Part shown: one piece after another, positions 57,706-64,000 of the stretch | How positions within the stretch are numbered: position 1 is the first letter of the stretch | Layout: every line of letters starts with the position of its first letter | Origin: Phoronis australis | Lineage: Eukaryota > Animalia > Phoronida | NCBI GenBank assembly: GCA_002633005.1 | Contig: NMRA01000345.1 | Span: 186,001 to 250,000, forward strand | DNA length: 64,000 nucleotides | Direction: 5' to 3' | The notes under the pieces: model-generated | What the model was told of the DNA's origin: nothing | Databases searched by the model: none | What the model saw: the letters and a program-made list of their open reading frames with translations, nothing else | Made by a program: the position numbers and the translations under genes

Positions 57706-59396
57706 AATATGTCTACATTGCTAAGATGTCATCCCCGTATCTAGAGCCCGAGTGGATTTTTCACAAATATCGCCCGAGGGGCCTTAGCCCAGGAGAGGAT
57801 AATTCTAAAAAATCCACGGGTCTCTAGATCAGGGGGGTGACGAGTGAGAGCATGTAATAAACTAATTGCACCACATACTGAACGGTAAACATTGCAGTGA
57901 ATCGATTTACCTTTCTGCCCTGGCTTTGTTACTACTTGCTAACTGAGAGGCCCGGGGTCAGAGGTAGTGAACTTCCAGGAAACGGCGAGTTATTCTTATT
58001 ATACCCAATTGAAAATTTTAACAAAATAGAAATAAAGTGAACGGAGCCAATCAATCAGGTAAATAAATTAGTAGTTAAGTAACGATTGACGAACCAAATT
58101 GGACTCAACTAACTTTCTTTGACTGGTCCTAACTTTTTTGTATATCTCATTTGATGACGTTGTCCCGTTGAATGAGTGGAGAGCAATGAGGCAGCACGTA
58201 TGTGAAATTGTTTTCTGTAGTCACCCCCCTGACTACTTGAACAGTGGCCTATGACATGGAAAGTATGTCTTTAGCTGGTTCGATCAGCAAGCTTTCCAAA
58301 AATAGATGCAGTAATACAAATGTAGCAAACATAGACGTGACATAGAAAGGGCGCGTTCCACGCAGATACATGCAACTCGCGTTGTCAATATGACGCCACA
58401 TTGGAGAGTACTACACAGGACACAAATGGCGGAAAACACAAGGAGCCCTCTCGCTGGTTCCCTACCTCCGTGCCTAACCAGAATGGAGAATCTTGACCAA
58501 GCACCTTGACCTACATTCTACAGCTGCGATGTCACAAGTGGGATGGCACGCTCTTTGCCACAGGTCACCAGAGTTCATCAACCAGGATCCAAACACGATG
58601 TGTATTTCCCTGATGGGTGGCAAATTTGAGTGGGAACGAAATCTTTGTGTCTGACGTTGAATAAACTCTTTGTTTTAAAACCTCTTTTGATATAATTATT
58701 ATTAACATATAACAATTACGCATTTGCGTATGGGCACTTACAACTCAGCGCATGAAGTAAGGCAAAGTTATGTAGGCATTACATTGCTTAGAATTTATGT
58801 CATTGGTGGGAAAGTAAGAGTTGTAGCTTATAATGTTGCAAACCATGTGCCTCCTGACTTTGCCACCACTCCATTGAGCTTTCAAACAGCCCAGTGCTAT
58901 AAACCCATGTTCCGTCCCATGATTTTGGCAACTCACCAACCACATTTTTTAGATTGAAATCCGACCACCCATATTTTTTAATTGTGCTTAAGTTATACAT
59001 TATACATGTTAGGTTATATTTTCGGTCTTCAGTGTTTCTTTACCCAACAACTGTCCAGCAGACACAGAATCAGCTCACGGTTGACCTAAGAAAGAAGCAC
59101 TGAGCTCACCATGTTACAACGGCGGTGTGACGTCATCAGCTCTCGAATGTAGATCAAGGTGCTTTGTCAAGATTCTCCATTCTACGTGCTGCAAACCAGC
59201 ACGCAGGTATCACGCAGTGTCCCGCATTTCAGCATTGGTTGATGTAACCTCAGCAGTCATTGGCAACACCGTGAACAAAATGGCGGAATGTGAACAATTT
59301 TTAGCCTTGTCATGAAAGTGACGTAGCAGCAACTATTTCGTTTCTGCAGGGATGTTTAAGAGCCGCGTCCTTGAAGCACATACAAGTACAATGGAG

Positions 59397-60191
59397 GCAG
59401 AATGGTGAATGTTGGCCAAATCCCCTTTTGTCCACTGACGTCACACGCATGCTGGCGCCCCCAGTGGAGGCCATGAGAACTCGTAAACCGAGTTAACCAC
59501 TGATTTAGCCTATCAGTGCGGACCAAGTAGCATCAGACGAGTCACAGATTTGGATAATTCTATGTATCGTGACTTTCGTCAATCCTCAAAATCTAAGAAT
59601 TAAGAATGCTTTGTGGTATGTTACATAGTGAATTCTGAGGTTGCGGCATGATAAATATTTTTGCTCAGTTCAGTGTCTGAACTGAGTCCTGCGCCCGCGG
59701 GTACTGGGGCCTATTACGAATGGCCACGATACTTATTATGGAGAGATTGTGTAAAACTTACGTTTGAGCTTCTCATGATTTACGGCGGTGATAAGACGTC
59801 TGCTGCCTGTGAGTTGAATGCGGCCAAGCATTCGGTTATTTTTTTTTTCATATTAAAATATTGAAAGTTATGTCGACCAAAATGGTATCTTTTGTTCATT
59901 CTAAGTCGAGTCGCATTTGCCAAAGGATTGCCTAAAAATCCGTAAATAATTCCATTCAAGAACAGCACTGTCCGTGGCCTGGCATACAAGCAAATGTATC
60001 GGTATAGAGTATCTTTGTTTGATACAATTGATGTCAGTCATCACCCTGAGTCGAGTTACCAGTTTTGTAAACAAACTGCAGATTCTACAAGAGCAGGCTA
60101 CCAGTGCAAAGTCTCCTAACCTCCATGGGGGTGCCAGCATGCTTGTGACGTCAATGGACAAAAGGGATTTGGCCAACATTCACCATTCTGC
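59397..60191. mobile_element. MITE with ~73-bp TIRs nested in a copy of the 41607-42197 family
   Basis: 59397-59470 is the reverse complement of 60120-60191 with few mismatches; no clear TSD. Confidence 0.75.
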
Positions 60192-61072
60192 ACATAGATT
60201 AAGCAGCCTCGATTTCGCGAGCCCTTCAAATAAATGTACGTGATGAAATGGCTTGCAGCCGTGCCAACTGAATCTGATATTATGTAAAAAGGGTGCCTCT
60301 ATGAGAGGAAAAAAGCACGACCTTATACAACGGTAAGATTTGTGGTTATTTTATCGATTATTCCATGTTTATTCTACTGAAGCCTATTAACTGAGGTACT
60401 CGCCGATGTCAACTTTGCGGCGGCAGTCGTCAATCAGGTTAATCTTTGTTTGTTGTGATGCGTGTTAAGATACTTGACGTAAAACTCGGGATCTTTTCGT
60501 ACATCAAAGCATTATAATTGTTCAAAATGATTTCTAACAGGTTTACCAGTGACAGTTACATGAATCTATACTGAATGTTTATGCTGTCAACTCCATATTG
60601 GTTAGTGAGTTAAGATTACAATTCAAGCCCAATGGCAAAGGGTAGGTGACAAATATGCATTGCATTAAACTGTTTGCTTACTCTCTATCATATGTCGTCC
60701 GGAAATCTATTACACGTTGAAATAGGAAATCTATCATGTCTGTTTTCACGTGACCTTTGGTTTTTAGGTTTGAGGGCAGCACCGTAGGCCTACTACATGG
60801 TTTCTGCAGCTCAGCAAGACCTTAATTCCGATCCAGTGTCCGTTGGCTTTTTTGGAACATTTTTGTGCTTGACCACGACTATTCGTTGTTTCCCCATCAG
60901 TCTTGGTGATTGAGACCACATACATTGTAAGATCAATTAATCATTGACCAGCAAATGCTGTTATCCAATGATGATGCTGTTTGCTAATTATGTTTAAGTA
61001 AATATTTGGTATTAATGACAATCATATACATTTGCTTGTATTGAAAAAAAAATCCTTGAATTTACTCGCCAG

Positions 61073-61757
61073 TGTGCTTCTATTAATGAGCTTAACAATC
61101 TTGCAATTGAAAGAACTGTCAATATGCGCTGGGTTAGGGCCCATGTGGGAATTGACAGACTCGCAAATATAGGAGCACGCGTTCTGCATTTTGTGTCTGA
61201 ACCTGCTATCCCGGTATCTTGCGGATGTTGCAGGATGAGTATACGCAACTGGGTACATACCCAGTCACCAGCCCAGTGGGCATCACTTAACTCCTGCAGA
61301 GAGACCAAGGAGAATTTTCCCAACGTGATCGAAACAAAAGGTTCAAAAAGCCTTCTGAGTCTAGATAGATTGGGTATAAGACACATCATTCAAATTTTGA
61401 TGGGCCGCTGCAACCTAGCCCGACACATTACTGGGCATATGGGTAGCCCTGTGTGGTACTGACGTAGAATCTCCTAAACACCTGGTAGAGTCTTGCCCGG
61501 CTTTTTATAGGCTAAGGAGCAGCCTACTGGATGGCACTGTTACATGCCTACAACATATAGTGCATGGCAACAAATGGAAACGCGTGTCCGTTTTCCTAGA
61601 GGAGACTTGCAGACTTGAAAACTTTCTTCACGAGGAGCCATAATTGGGCTCTCGTGCTTCTTTGCTCAGGTGTTTTGTGCAATGGGCCCAATCTTGAGGC
61701 CTGCGCACGTCTGATGCACCGCAAATGACATTAGACCACCTGCACTTTTTTTCTTTT
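61073..61757 (+). mobile_element. 5'-truncated RNase H-bearing LINE (Loa/I-group-like) 3' end
   Basis: ELNNLAIERTVNMRWVRAHVGID..RLANIGA..EP (RNase H end), LLSLDRLGIRHIIQILMGRCNLARH, LCGTDVESPKHLVESCPA (CCHC knuckle), stop 61641-61643, structured 3' UTR, T-rich tail; 12-bp TSD TTTACTCGCCAG (61061-61072, 61758-61769). Confidence 0.88.
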
Positions 61758-64000
61758 TTTACTCGCCAGCCATCAAAATCACTACATCTAAGTAAATAGT
61801 GTATTCTATTGAAACATATACTGCTTTAAATTAATATGTAACAGGAGGTTGGTATAAGCAGACAGCGCGCGTAAGAGAAGAGTTTATTTTAAGTTTTTCG
61901 GCTAAGGGTCGCGCAGTACGTATATTAGATTAAGGGAGGGGATGGATAGGAACGCTCCGAAATAATGGTTGGGAGTGGGACTGATCTCTTTGTGACCAAA
62001 CGATTACACAGTTGAGTTTAATACAAAACGTCAACAAGTGCTTGGTGCTTCATCAGGGGTCTTCAGATCAATGAGTGCGGAATACAGTGCGTGAGAGAGT
62101 AATATTTGTATGTTTGCAATTCTGAGCGATGCACAGGAAAAATAGGAGTCTGTATTTTTTGCTTTTTACATTACGGCGTTCTCCCGTTGAGTCTAACTTG
62201 TTCAGTTGTATATCACAAAACTAATGAAGTTGGGCGGATGACCGCAGCAGCCGATATCTTACACGGACGACTGATTCAGTTCATTCTAGCAATTAGGGTT
62301 GGAGGATCAGCTCCCTTTTGCTCGATGATTGCTCTAATCTCCGATAAGATCGTATCTTATATCCTCATTGGGCTGTGCTGTTAAAATAAGTTTAAACAGA
62401 AAATGTTTGAACATAAACCATTGACATTACTGAAAAAGTGTCCATCAAATACTGATCAAGCTTATAGATTTTTGAATCTCCAAAATCGCCCAACTACAAT
62501 CGAAGTTAAGACAATCTATTCTGTCCAAACGCACCAACCTACTGGGTTTGACTGTGTTCAGATGTGATCGGTTTTAATCCTGGTAAATAATTTATCTGCA
62601 TGATTTTCTACCAGACAAAAGACTATGCTCGGCAGTTAACGAAGGAACTACTGAACGGGAGAACACCCTAACGAACTTTGAATGTCATTTATTTATATGA
62701 CCCCAATGAAGTCACTTTCACAGTAGTTCACATTTAATTTCGACACCATTACAAGCAACACGGGCCATATTTTAATCTTACAAAGGTACCCTGGGTTATT
62801 GTTCAACAGTCTGTAAAAAGGCGTATTGGGGCACCACGAAAGTACGTCCCAGTGAGCGGCAAGTCTCCTGGATATGATGCATTTGCATCGAGCGACACGA
62901 AGTAAATGATTAATTTGCGCGATCGTGAAAAGACGAAACAAATAAAACGTTGACTGTGGATTGACAGGCGTGGAGCTGCCCAGGCCGCTCGAGAATCTGC
63001 CACTGGTTGCGATCTTCCTATAGTTTGATATTTTCTCGATCGACTGATTAACTCTTAAAAAACGCTTGCAAGTGCTACAGTGTACATCACATGTTTTTGT
63101 GTGTTTCTGAAAAAATCACACTCTTCAGCCTTTCAGTGGCGGATCTAAGTTTTCAGTAAGGNTGCGGAGGTCGGGAGTGGTACACCGCCTTCCCATGTAA
63201 GACAACTTTTTTGTTTTTGTAGCCAAATAGTGAAATTTCCATGCATCCTGGTACATTTCTGACACTTAACATGTCCCTGGAGTTTTTCTTAAGATAATTA
63301 AAAACTCTTCTCGTTTTCGTCACATGAACTTGGCTCATAAGAAGTTTCGTGAAACCATAGTTGTGCACATCTGGGTATGAGTCACACCACCAGCAAAAAA
63401 ATTTGTTGGAACATCTGCGTACACACACCTTTTAGCGGCATACGAAAAAGTGTGGTGTGTATACAGGGGTTCAGACAGCTACCAAATATTCAACAGCATA
63501 AGCGCGTTGAGCATGTTGCGGACCAAGGGACATAAACACTAACGATGAGAGGGTGGTGCAGAAGCAGGGTACAAAACTTCCGATTTTACGGAACGGCCGT
63601 TCAACCGTTACAAGATTTGGTTAAGTAATTGCTTGAATTGCTTAATTTTTAGAAGTTCTTAAGACAAAATAAAATGATTAAACTCTTCTCTGCCATATCA
63701 TTTAAATGCATTCACAAGAAAATTCAGACAATTTATTAACGCCAGAACAATGCCGTAGGAATCGGGGGGAGGCTTGGGCTCCCCAAAAAATTTCAGGAGT
63801 TAGGATTAAACCATGGCAATTGACATAGGCGTGGTTCCGGGGACAATAGATAGAAGAAAGCCTGCCAATTATGGATAAGAGAGAAACTTCTAACAGAACA
63901 TTTAACAACAGCGCATGGTTTACCTTTGGAGGACCCTGGCTAGGACATTGTTAAGGTCTTCGCTTTTGCGTGATATCATTCCTACTCGTACATACAGTTC

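Noticed and set aside
59901-60243. Overlapping 89-92 aa ORFs
   Set aside because: Overlap the right TIR of the 59397-60191 MITE; no homology recognised
61710-61735. CTGATG as a hammerhead ribozyme core
   Set aside because: No CUGANGA/GAAA pair, and the motif is absent from the SINE copies

Overview
Eukaryotic (invertebrate animal-like), intron-rich genomic DNA. The left 36 kb holds two minus-strand housekeeping genes. The first is the first three coding exons of DOHH (deoxyhypusine hydroxylase); the rest lies off the left edge. The second is a complete NUP153-like nucleoporin gene that I reconstructed by hand as 24 phase-compatible GT-AG exons (ATG 36201, stop 7437, about 1761 aa). It has an N-terminal Nup153 domain, a RanBP2 zinc-finger array, a 16-copy PAFG nonamer array and a basic C-terminal tail. 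The right 28 kb has no recognisable host gene and is a mosaic of nested transposons: a decayed Sola3-like element, an internally deleted Kolobok with THAP and KolX remnants, Helentron/HINE-like tandem-repeat elements, several MITEs, a CR1/L2 RT remnant and an RNase H-bearing Loa/I-group LINE 3' end. The most notable observation is a candidate SINE/LINE partner pair visible within the window. Two TSD-flanked tRNA-derived SINE copies in NUP153 introns share their ~75-nt 3' tail with the LINE 3' UTR. That tail folds into a three-way junction with compensatory changes and ends in a T-rich rather than A-rich run. Two near-identical duplications across single-N gaps (10918, 21257) look like uncollapsed haplotypes, not real exon duplications. 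All calls come from manual reading; no searches were run.
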